Part shown: piece after piece, positions 37,258-45,379 of the stretch
Layout of the letters: each line of letters begins with the position of its first letter
Position numbering within the stretch: the stretch's first letter is position 1
Assembly (NCBI GenBank): GCA_964342695.1
Contig: CAYFFV010000012.1
Location: 2,547-66,546, forward strand
DNA length: 64,000 bases
Direction of reading: 5' to 3'
DNA from: an uncultured Vicinamibacteraceae bacterium
GTDB taxonomy: Bacteria > Acidobacteriota > Vicinamibacteria > Vicinamibacterales > UBA8438
Notes under the pieces: model-generated
The model's database searches: none
Told to the model about the DNA's origin: nothing
The model's input: the letters and a program-made list of their open reading frames with translations, nothing else
Position numbers and translations under genes: made by a program

Positions 37258-38250
37258 TTAGTTATCTTGAATAACCGTCCCTGAGGAAGAGGTCGAAACC
37301 CCCGAATGCTCGAGAACTTCACGTATTACATAAATTGGCTTACCCTGTGACTCATGATACGTCCTTGCTTGAAGCTCCGCTAAAAGCCCAAGAGTCACAA
37401 GTTGAACACCAGAGAAGATCATTAATATACCCAACAATAAAATAGGTCTATCACCAATAGCTTGTCCGCCGAATAGACGCACATAACCGAGATACGCCGT
37501 AATACCCCCACCTATTAAGCCAAGGAGCAAACCCACAGGCCCAAACATCTGTAGTGGTCGCGTAGAATAATTGAGAAGAAATTTTACTGTTACTAGATCA
37601 AACATCACCCGAATAGTCCTTGAGAGTCCATACTTCGATCGACCAAACCGTCTGGCTCGGTGATTGACGACTACCTCAGCAATATCGACACCCTGTTCAC
37701 TCGCAATCGCAGGAATAAATCGATGCATCTCACCGTAAAGCCTGAGTGGCTTTACTACTTCTGCCCGAAATGCCTTCAAAGAACATCCGTAATCATGAAG
37801 TTTCACACCTGTCGTGACCGAAATCAACCAATTTGCTATCACCGATGGAAAGCGACGTGTAAGCCATGTATCTTGCCGATCTTTTCGCCATCCACACACA
37901 ATATCGTTTCCATTAGCCAATTGATCTACCAAATGAGGGATGTCACTCGGATCGTTCTGCAAGTCACCGTCTGAAGTAACAATAATACGCCCGCGCGACC
38001 GGTCAAAACCGGCTACAAAGGCAGCCGTCTGACCAAAATTTTTTCTAAGACGAACAACCGAAACGCAAGAATCCTGCGAATGAATCGCCTCCAATTTCTG
38101 GCAGGTATCATCAGTGCTACCGTCGTCGACCAAAATGAGTTCATAGGAATATTCCTGCTTGCTAAGCACCTCTGTTAATTCTGCATGCAACGCCACGACA
38201 TTGGCCGCTTCGTTGTATAAAGGAATAACAATAGAAATATCTGGTTTCAT
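37258..38250 (-). CDS. GT2 polyprenyl-phosphate glycosyltransferase (ArnC/GtrB/DPM1-like)
   Basis: 330 aa. ISIVIPLYNE, VDDGSTDDT, RKNFGQTAA, TSDGDLQNDP, HRFIP, RRFGRSKYG, plus two C-terminal TM helices: the full ArnC/GtrB architecture. Confidence 0.9.
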   Translation of the reverse strand: MKPDISIVIPLYNEAANVVALHAELTEVLSKQEYSYELILVDDGSTDDTCQKLEAIHSQDSCVSVVRLRKNFGQTAAFVAGFDRSRGRIIVTSDGDLQNDPSDIPHLVDQLANGNDIVCGWRKDRQDTWLTRRFPSVIANWLISVTTGVKLHDYGCSLKAFRAEVVKPLRLYGEMHRFIPAIASEQGVDIAEVVVNHRARRFGRSKYGLSRTIRVMFDLVTVKFLLNYSTRPLQMFGPVGLLLGLIGGGITAYLGYVRLFGGQAIGDRPILLLGILMIFSGVQLVTLGLLAELQARTYHESQGKPIYVIREVLEHSGVSTSSSGTVIQDN

Positions 38251-38323
38251 TTGGCTACTTACTCGTATTCAAATAATAGGGTCAAAAAACTGATCACCGT
38301 GACGGCTGTTATGAACTAAAAAG

Positions 38324-38926
38324 CTAAACACCCTCCCTGCCTCGTCGAATCCTGCTCCATATTAAATAAGTCACAACCATAAGGACAACCATTGATGCGA
38401 TTCCAATAGACACAGACCTGCTATTCTCTTCCAAAAACTCTATAGCTTGTTCGCCGTATTGAACTGCCAGCCACCCTTCACCAAAATAGCGAACTCCACG
38501 CGCAAGACCAATCGCTGACACAAACTGTGTCAACGGTACATGTGCGACTCCCGCCAACAATACAAAAATCTTAAAGGGAGCCGGTGGCGGAAGTACTGCA
38601 GGCACGGCGACAGCAAGAATGCCATACCGTCTCGACAAGTCAAGAGCCCTTTCTAGACGAGGCCCTCCAAAACGTCGCTCCACTAGTCGCCGTCCACCCC
38701 GTCGCCCAATAAAATATAGAACTAGACAGCCAACCACTGAACCCAGCGTAGCCATAATCGCGTACAAAGGCATTAACGTCGGGTTCTCAATCACCATTAA
38801 AACAACCAATAGATCGTTAATCTCTGGAAGTGAAACAAAGGAAGAATCAAGAAACGCAATAAAAAAAAGACCTGGGGCTCCAATGGAAAGAGCAAAAGCT
38901 TGAAGCCAACTTACAAGACGTGCCAT
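38324..38926 (-). CDS. DedA-superfamily / VTT-domain membrane protein (YqaA-like)
   Basis: 200 aa. FFIAFLDSSFVSLPEINDLLVV, YFIGRRGG, RYGILAVAVPAVLPPPAPFKIFVLLAG match the YqaA/DedA re-entrant-helix pattern. Confidence 0.65.
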   Translation of the reverse strand: MARLVSWLQAFALSIGAPGLFFIAFLDSSFVSLPEINDLLVVLMVIENPTLMPLYAIMATLGSVVGCLVLYFIGRRGGRRLVERRFGGPRLERALDLSRRYGILAVAVPAVLPPPAPFKIFVLLAGVAHVPLTQFVSAIGLARGVRYFGEGWLAVQYGEQAIEFLEENSRSVSIGIASMVVLMVVTYLIWSRIRRGREGV

Positions 38927-38979
38927 AGCGTGACGAAATTATACGAATCTATAAGCTCAAGTGACAGCTCGAAAGAGCG

Positions 38980-39013
38980 GGCAGGAGCCAATTCATGCTT
39001 TTTGACTCCTGCC
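38980..39013 (-). terminator. Candidate hairpin downstream of the OM-barrel gene 39033..39734
   Basis: GGCAGGAG (38980..38987) pairs with CTCCTGCC (39006..39013). In the minus-strand RNA the stem extends by about 4 more pairs, followed by a short CUCUUUC tract. The U-tract is weak. Confidence 0.25.
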
Positions 39014-39032
39014 TCGCCACGATTCCTGCAAC

Positions 39033-39734
39033 TCAAAAACCAATCTGAAATGTAACTTCAGTGGTTAATCCTCCAAGATCAATACTTTCATCAAAAAATC
39101 CTTGATCAATACCAACGCGACCTGAAGCTATTTGGTAGCGCAGCTCAAGTCCAACAGTGAGATCAGACGTCAAGCGAGAACGCACTCCTCCAAGAATGAG
39201 TCCGCCAAAATCATGCCCATCCGCGACGTACTGTTCTCGAAAAATTTCGGCATCAGCTAAAAAATCAATAAACTCACCGGATTCACTGTATCGCCAATTA
39301 AATAAACCGAGTCCAGCGCCAACATAAGGTTGAATGTCTTCATGGTTTGTTAACGGAAAAAACCTCGCGACTAAAGTAAGAGGACTAATCCGCAGACGAA
39401 AATCTTGAGCGACTTCTGATCCATCAGAATTGACGAACTCAGCGTAGACACTAGGAACACTTCGGCTGTAATACCCCAAGCCAACCCCAGCCTCTAAATA
39501 TTCGCCAATATCGATGTTCCATTCACCACTTATAGATACGCCATTAAAATCTTGTAGGTCAAAGTGAAACACTTCTAAGTTCTCGTTCAGCACATCATCA
39601 AATACTCGACCATCCTCACCCCGTATAGAAAAGACACCCAAATTAAATGAGAGCGATTGTTCTTGAGCCCATGCAGGCTCAGAAAACATAAATAGAACAC
39701 CCGAAATAATAGTTATGAGTGTCGTTTTACGCAT
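39033..39734 (-). CDS. Outer-membrane beta-barrel protein (small OMP, function unknown)
   Basis: 233 aa. Signal peptide ..FSEPAWAQ, alternating beta-strand pattern, terminal TFQIGF (C-terminal Phe). Confidence 0.55.
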   Translation of the reverse strand: MRKTTLITIISGVLFMFSEPAWAQEQSLSFNLGVFSIRGEDGRVFDDVLNENLEVFHFDLQDFNGVSISGEWNIDIGEYLEAGVGLGYYSRSVPSVYAEFVNSDGSEVAQDFRLRISPLTLVARFFPLTNHEDIQPYVGAGLGLFNWRYSESGEFIDFLADAEIFREQYVADGHDFGGLILGGVRSRLTSDLTVGLELRYQIASGRVGIDQGFFDESIDLGGLTTEVTFQIGF

Positions 39735-39921
39735 GCGCCACCTCCTTATAAAGAGCCATGAGTTCTCAGAACCTAAAATCCTGCGATCACCATTAACTAA
39801 CTAAATTTAGAAGCAGGATTCATGCCAAGATATTTTCTTAAGAAAATAGGTGCTTTTACGGGGACAACAAGGAGAAATTGTCCAAAGGTGGGTGCAATCT
39901 GTCCGGTTTAGTGAACGCCGC

Positions 39922-40719
39922 TCACGAACACTCTTTCAATATACCTAGCATTTCTTGATGAAGTCTACCGTTGGACGCAAGCACACTCTCTCGTGTTGGA
40001 CTAAAGGGGTCACCTAGCATATCCGTAACCATTCCTCCAGCCTCCTCAACTATCAGCGTGGCAGCCGCAGTATCCCAAGGTTTTAGCCGTTGCTCCCAAA
40101 ATCCGTCGAGCCGGCCAGAAGCCACATAGCAAAGATCCATTGCGGCTGAACCCAAACGACGGATTGCCTGAGCTCGCCTGACGAACCCACCAAACACACG
40201 AACGAGCTCATCAACAGTTTCATGAAGATCGTAAGGAAAACCAGTGCACAGCATAGCATCTTGGACACGGGGAATCTTTGAAACACAAATCGGACATCCA
40301 TTTAACCGAGCCCCGCTGCCCTTCTCAGCCACGAATAATTCCTGCCTCGATGGATCATAAACGGCACCAACTACAATCTCTCCATCTATGTCTAGCGCCA
40401 ACGAAGAACAAAAGATTGGCATCCCGTGAGCGTAATTCACGGTGCCATCAATGGGGTCAAAAATCCACACATGACTCGCAGAACCGTCAGTCGCGGGAGA
40501 CGAATTCGGTAGTTCCTCAGCTAAAACAACATGCGCAGGAAAATGTTTTGCCAGTCGTTCTCGACACATTTTTTCTATCTCTATATCCACCTGCGTTACC
40601 AAATCAATGGGACCTTTTTTTTCGATCTGGACGTTTTTCCCAATATTGTCCAATTGGATCTCACCAGCACGAAGAACAATATCGATAGCCATCTGAAGAA
40701 AAGCGGGATCAAGACTCAT
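39922..40719 (-). CDS. Inositol monophosphatase family protein (SuhB-like)
   Basis: WIFDPIDGTVNYAHG and LGSAAMDLCYVASGRLDGFWE motifs. ATG 40719 (MSLDPAFLQMAIDIV) preferred over the longer ORF to 40791. Confidence 0.85.
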   Translation of the reverse strand: MSLDPAFLQMAIDIVLRAGEIQLDNIGKNVQIEKKGPIDLVTQVDIEIEKMCRERLAKHFPAHVVLAEELPNSSPATDGSASHVWIFDPIDGTVNYAHGMPIFCSSLALDIDGEIVVGAVYDPSRQELFVAEKGSGARLNGCPICVSKIPRVQDAMLCTGFPYDLHETVDELVRVFGGFVRRAQAIRRLGSAAMDLCYVASGRLDGFWEQRLKPWDTAAATLIVEEAGGMVTDMLGDPFSPTRESVLASNGRLHQEMLGILKECS

Positions 40720-40944
40720 TGGCAACGCTCTCGTAACTTCTGGCGACGATTGCGAACGCACCGTCCGAACAACCTCATAGCACCACCACAAATGAACCGA
40801 TAGATTTTAAACACATAGCAATAACTAATTGCACCTAGCGCAACAGCTCTTCTTTATTAAAAGTATACCCTCTGTTTTAGTCTGTAGAGAAAGCCCAACT
40901 ATAGCCTGATGTTATAGTCTTCGTGGAGGAGCGAGAAACTAAAC

Positions 40945-42231
40945 ATGCCGATGGTCATACAACCGACTTCCCACGTAACTGGAAAATTAAGAGTGCCTGG
41001 CGACAAATCTATCTCGCACCGGTATGCCATTCTCGCAGCATTAGCAGAAGGAACTTCAACCATCACTAATTACGCCCCTGGGGCTGATTGCTCCTCTACA
41101 CTTCGGTGTTTGGAAACGCTTGGCACAAGAATTGAGAGAACAGAATCAGCAGATAACAACATAACGGTAACCATAAAGGGAAAGGGACTTGGTGGCTTAA
41201 AGAAAACAACTTCCATTCTGGATGCCGGCAACTCCGGTACTACAATGAGACTTCTCGCAGGCGTACTCGCTGGACATCCATTCAAAAGCGTCATCACAGG
41301 TGATAACTCACTTAATAAGCGACCAATGAAACGCATTGTCTCACCGCTCGAAAAAATGGGAGCAAGAATCATCACAACTAATGGATGCGCTCCAATCACA
41401 ATTCATGGAACGCATCTAAAAGCAATCTCTTTCACTCCTCCTGTCGCAAGCGCCCAAGTCAAGAGTGCCGTGCTATTAGCAGGACTTCATGCTGAGGGTA
41501 TCACCAGTGTTAATGAAGGCCTACAAACACGAGACCACACTGAACGCGCGCTTCCAGCATTTGGAGTTAAGTTTGATGCATCGGATTCTGGCGTAAAAAT
41601 TGAAAGTGGCCAACAAATTCAAGGTGCATCCCTGCAAGTCCCAGGAGATTTGTCATCAGCTGCGTTTTGGGCCGTCGCCGCTGCTGCTCTTCCAGGCTCA
41701 GATATTGAGCTCGTTGGCGTTGGTCTTAATCCAACACGCATCGCGTTCTTAAATATTTTGGGCGACGCCGGAGCAATCGTCAATATTCAGCGTTCTCAGG
41801 ACATCTCTAATGAACCATTCGGTGATATCCGTATCAAACACGGACAATTACGCGCTATAAAGATCTCTCGCGAACAAGTTCCAAGCGTGATTGACGAACT
41901 TCCTGCACTTGCATCATTTGCGTGCTTTGGTGGGGGCCTCGAAGTTACTGGAGCGTCTGAACTTCGGTCTAAAGAAAGCGACCGAATTGCCGTTCTTACC
42001 AAGGGATTACGCAGTCTTGGTGGAAATGTTCACGAATCAAGTGACGGTTTTAAGGTATTTCCAAACACTCTAATCGGCGGAACAGCCGACGCAGCAGGAG
42101 ACCATCGAATGGCAATGGCATTTGCTATTGCGGCTCTTGGTGCAAATGGCCCAACAACTATTACTGGACACGAGGCGGTCGACATATCATATCCAAGATT
42201 TTTTGAAACCCTGCAATCGATTTGTCAGTAG
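40945..42231 (+). CDS. aroA: 3-phosphoshikimate 1-carboxyvinyltransferase (EPSP synthase)
   Basis: 428 aa. LRVPGDKSISHRYAILAALAEG, NSGTTMRLLAG, ELRSKESDRI motifs. GGAGGAG Shine-Dalgarno upstream. Confidence 0.95.
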   Translation: MPMVIQPTSHVTGKLRVPGDKSISHRYAILAALAEGTSTITNYAPGADCSSTLRCLETLGTRIERTESADNNITVTIKGKGLGGLKKTTSILDAGNSGTTMRLLAGVLAGHPFKSVITGDNSLNKRPMKRIVSPLEKMGARIITTNGCAPITIHGTHLKAISFTPPVASAQVKSAVLLAGLHAEGITSVNEGLQTRDHTERALPAFGVKFDASDSGVKIESGQQIQGASLQVPGDLSSAAFWAVAAAALPGSDIELVGVGLNPTRIAFLNILGDAGAIVNIQRSQDISNEPFGDIRIKHGQLRAIKISREQVPSVIDELPALASFACFGGGLEVTGASELRSKESDRIAVLTKGLRSLGGNVHESSDGFKVFPNTLIGGTADAAGDHRMAMAFAIAALGANGPTTITGHEAVDISYPRFFETLQSICQ

Positions 42232-42241
42232 GTTACTAATC

Positions 42242-42745
42242 GTGACACAAACGAACATCTATCTCGTCGGATTCATGGGATCAGGAAAAACAACAATAGG
42301 GCGGAAACTTGCCATGCACGTAGGCAAGGATTTTCTGGACCTAGATAGAATGATCGAATCACGAGAAAATCGCACGATCAATAAAATTTTTTCGGAAGCT
42401 GGAGAAAACTACTTCCGACATATAGAACGGGTTGTTCTAAAGGACCTTGCGAAGAAAACAGATACAGTTATTGCTACTGGAGGAGGAACTTTTGTTGACA
42501 TCGACAATCGTCAACTTATAGAAACCAGCGGAAGTTCTATCTGGCTGAATCTTTCATTCGAAGAAACTTTAAAACGGCTTACAAAAAGCACACATCGCCC
42601 ACTAGCAGCTGACCAAACCAGACTAAAAGAACTTTTTCAAGAGCGGATATCGGCTTACCAACACGCCGATCTAAGGATCGACGCCAACGGTAAAACCATC
42701 AAACATCTTGTCAGCGAGATTACTTCTTGGATTCAAAAGCAGTAA
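42242..42745 (+). CDS. aroK: Shikimate kinase
   Basis: P-loop IYLVGFMGSGKTTIGRKLA. GTG 42242 lies just downstream of the aroA stop; the ORF-track start 42122 lies inside aroA in another frame. Confidence 0.9.
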   Translation: MTQTNIYLVGFMGSGKTTIGRKLAMHVGKDFLDLDRMIESRENRTINKIFSEAGENYFRHIERVVLKDLAKKTDTVIATGGGTFVDIDNRQLIETSGSSIWLNLSFEETLKRLTKSTHRPLAADQTRLKELFQERISAYQHADLRIDANGKTIKHLVSEITSWIQKQ

Positions 42746-42747
42746 CC

Positions 42748-42912
42748 CTACTTCTTGTCGACCAACTTCCTGGCGGCCCGCTCATCTCGACGTTTCAACT
42801 CTACGGCATAAGCATCTGCAGCAGCACGCGACCCAAGAATCCAGCCCATTACGATGCCGAAAACCAATACGGCCGGAATGAAAATAAAATGCCCAGCCGT
42901 CATATCAAGCAT
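42748..42912 (-). CDS. Possible 54-aa single-TM protein translationally abutting the ccmD-like gene
   Basis: Below the ORF-track cutoff. My translation: MLDMTAGHFIFIPAVLVFGIVMGWILGSRAAADAYAVELKRRDERAARKLVDKK. The ATG follows the upstream TAG with no spacer. One TM plus a basic tail. Confidence 0.3.
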   Translation of the reverse strand: MLDMTAGHFIFIPAVLVFGIVMGWILGSRAAADAYAVELKRRDERAARKLVDKK

Positions 42913-43248
42913 CTAGGTCCCCCTTTGGGAGTCTCCAGACAATCTTTTTGATAAATCATGCAAATCATTCTCAACAAATACCAACCTTCGCCAGATGGAC
43001 CAAAGATACCCAAAAATTACAATCCAAACAATCGCGTACGCCGTTATCAATAACGGAGCAGCCGGCAGCTGATCTTCTGGCGGAATTTGATCAAGAGGGA
43101 CAAATTCCTCCTGCGGTTGTTCTGACGTGCCCAGTGCGACCAGTTCTCCAGAGCCAGTTGAAAGTAAAAATGCACCCACAAGACAAACAAGGCTTAATTG
43201 CGGTACTTTAATCCACTGTTTCTTAATGCAAGAAAATCTCCATGCCAC
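42913..43248 (-). CDS. ccmD: CcmD-like heme exporter small subunit (long form with N-terminal extension)
   Basis: 111 aa. The C-terminal half LLITAYAIVWIVIFGYLWSIWRRLVFVENDLHDL resembles the single-TM CcmD (alternative family). Sits immediately downstream of ccmC. Confidence 0.55.
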   Translation of the reverse strand: MAWRFSCIKKQWIKVPQLSLVCLVGAFLLSTGSGELVALGTSEQPQEEFVPLDQIPPEDQLPAAPLLITAYAIVWIVIFGYLWSIWRRLVFVENDLHDLSKRLSGDSQRGT

Positions 43249-43254
43249 GGTTCA

Positions 43255-43932
43255 TCACCCTTCCTCAAGAACCAAATAGAGCCGTTCCACTTCTGCCCGT
43301 TGCGCCTCAAGGCGAACGCGCGCCACTAACATCACTACAAACAAAACCAAAAAGGCCACCATGCACCACATAAATGGCCCAAACATACCAGGTGCGGAGG
43401 TTGCTAACTGAGGCACGACGCTCGTGGTCGGATGAATCGTTCGCCACACATTCACGGAAATGTACACAAACGGTACATTTGCCAACCCAAACAACGCCAA
43501 CCCAGCCGCCAGTTTATCGGAACCCGGACCGCCATAACGGCGCAACAACAGATAGGCACAAAAAATCATCTCTAAAATTAATGCCATGGTTAAACGAGCA
43601 TCCCATTGCCACCAAACACCCCAAGCCTTCCGTGCCCAGAACGGTCCAGTAGTCAATCCGATAATGCCGAAAACAACCGCAAGCTCTGCGGCTGCTACAG
43701 CCAACCTATCAGCCACAGGTTTATGTCGAAAAAGATACACCGCACTCGATATTCCAGCTACAAAGACCGCTAAAAACATGACGATCCAACCCGGAACATG
43801 AAAATAAAATATTTTTTGAATTAACCCCATCGTTGACTCATAAGGTGCCCCGGCTATTTGCAAGGGAGCCAGAGCAAACATTACTAAGCCAATCAAAAGC
43901 ATTAAATAAAATAATCGCTGATTCATTTCCAC
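43255..43932 (-). CDS. ccmC: Heme exporter protein CcmC
   Basis: 225 aa. WWD-domain signature WGVWWQWDARLT. GTG 43932 lies 1 nt after the ccmB stop (alternative ATG 43926). Confidence 0.9.
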   Translation of the reverse strand: MEMNQRLFYLMLLIGLVMFALAPLQIAGAPYESTMGLIQKIFYFHVPGWIVMFLAVFVAGISSAVYLFRHKPVADRLAVAAAELAVVFGIIGLTTGPFWARKAWGVWWQWDARLTMALILEMIFCAYLLLRRYGGPGSDKLAAGLALFGLANVPFVYISVNVWRTIHPTTSVVPQLATSAPGMFGPFMWCMVAFLVLFVVMLVARVRLEAQRAEVERLYLVLEEG

Positions 43933-43933
43933 C

Positions 43934-44617
43934 TCATTCTGTCATGACAGGCTCAAATGTCCATAGGGCAAGTGTTAGAAAAATCGCGTCAAAAAACAAC
44001 AATAGCGCCAGCCAAAAACGAGCAAGATCAAAATTCGGTTCAATCTGAATAACCGCTACGGTGCCCATTACCCCAGCAATTAATACTGGCATTGTAATCG
44101 GATACAGCAAAATCGGAAGTAACACCGCACGACTTCTCGTGCGGGCTAACATCGCAGCGAACAACGTTCCAACAGATGCGAATCCTAAATTGCCAAGCAT
44201 TAGCAGGGCACCAATCCACCAAAAATATTGAATTAAAGGAGCCTGAAACAAGAGTGCTACCAATACTGCTACGACAACCTCTACAACAGACATCAACAAC
44301 AGGACGCCCAAGAGCTTGCCAACAAACACCGCCGCACGTTCGACAGGCGCTAAAAGAAGCCCACGGAGTGCATCGTGATAGCGTTCCCGCTCAAACGTCG
44401 GACCAAGAGATAAAGTCCCAGAAAAAGCCACCGCGATCCACAGAATTCCCGCTGCAGCCCCTTCAATTGCGCGCCCCTCTCTCACGAAGGCAAACGAGAA
44501 CACAAGAACGCATGAAACAGCAAAAAAGAGCGTCGTTGACATCATCTCCCAACTACGAGACTCGACCTTAAGATCTTTACGCATCACAAGCCAAGCCACT
44601 CTAAGAAAACTGTTCAT
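43934..44617 (-). CDS. ccmB: Heme exporter protein CcmB (ABC permease)
   Basis: 227 aa, six-helix hydrophobic profile, positioned between ccmA and ccmC. Confidence 0.8.
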   Translation of the reverse strand: MNSFLRVAWLVMRKDLKVESRSWEMMSTTLFFAVSCVLVFSFAFVREGRAIEGAAAGILWIAVAFSGTLSLGPTFERERYHDALRGLLLAPVERAAVFVGKLLGVLLLMSVVEVVVAVLVALLFQAPLIQYFWWIGALLMLGNLGFASVGTLFAAMLARTRSRAVLLPILLYPITMPVLIAGVMGTVAVIQIEPNFDLARFWLALLLFFDAIFLTLALWTFEPVMTE

Positions 44618-44627
44618 ATTTCTTTTA

Positions 44628-45365
44628 TCATGCCTTCGAAATTAGCTGTAGAGTCCGCTGATACTGCTCTCTTAATGATCCGTGCATAGTTTTTTCAAAC
44701 TCAACTATTTCACCAGAATGAAGCATTACTGTTCTATCCAAAAGGCCGTCTACTATTTCGAGATCATGGGTCGCAAGAAGAACAATACAATCCTCGTTTT
44801 TTAATTCACGGAGTCTGGCAATAAGCCTAGTTCCCGCTACTTCATCAAGACCCGTAAATGGCTCATCCAACAAAATAAGACGCGGTTTGTGAAGCAACAC
44901 TCTTTCAAGAGCCAGTCTCTGCCGCATGCCACGAGAAAACCCCTGAACTAGGTCATCAGCACGATCCGCAAGCCCCGAATAATCCAGGGCATTTCTTGCA
45001 TGCCACTCGGGGCGATCTAATCCATACAAACCCGCAAAAAATTCTAGATTCTCTCGAGCCGTCAAATCAGAATAGAGCTGCAGATCGTGAGATAAAAATC
45101 CGATATTCGCCCGAAGAGACGCACCAGCTTGACGTGGCGAATGATCTCCGTAATGCACTCCCCCTTTAGATGGCTGAATTAAAGTGGCCATCACACCTAA
45201 TAATGTTGATTTTCCGGCTCCATTAGGACCGACTAGACCCACCAACTCACCAGATCGAAGAGTAAGTGTCACGTTACGCAACGCGGTTCGCCTGCCATAA
45301 TACTTAAACAGCCCTGAGACAATTAACTCGTTGAATTCAAATACAGAGATCGGCTGTAATGACAT
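44628..45365 (-). CDS. ccmA: Heme ABC exporter ATP-binding protein CcmA
   Basis: 245 aa. Walker A GPNGAGKST, signature FSRGMRQRL, Walker B LILLDEPFTGLD. Confidence 0.85.
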   Translation of the reverse strand: MSLQPISVFEFNELIVSGLFKYYGRRTALRNVTLTLRSGELVGLVGPNGAGKSTLLGVMATLIQPSKGGVHYGDHSPRQAGASLRANIGFLSHDLQLYSDLTARENLEFFAGLYGLDRPEWHARNALDYSGLADRADDLVQGFSRGMRQRLALERVLLHKPRLILLDEPFTGLDEVAGTRLIARLRELKNEDCIVLLATHDLEIVDGLLDRTVMLHSGEIVEFEKTMHGSLREQYQRTLQLISKA

Positions 45366-45379
45366 TAGCGCCCTGTCGT

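Noticed and set aside
39777-39820. Inverted repeat AATCCTGC ... GCAGGATT downstream of the IMPase gene as an intrinsic terminator
   Set aside because: It has an 8-bp stem but a 28-nt loop and no following U-tract on the transcribed (minus) strand. This is not convincing as a rho-independent terminator.
42727-42951. 74-aa plus-strand ORF after aroK
   Set aside because: It starts inside the aroK 3' end and runs antisense to the ccmD-like gene and the abutting small TM ORF. The minus-strand frames fit the ccm operon far better.
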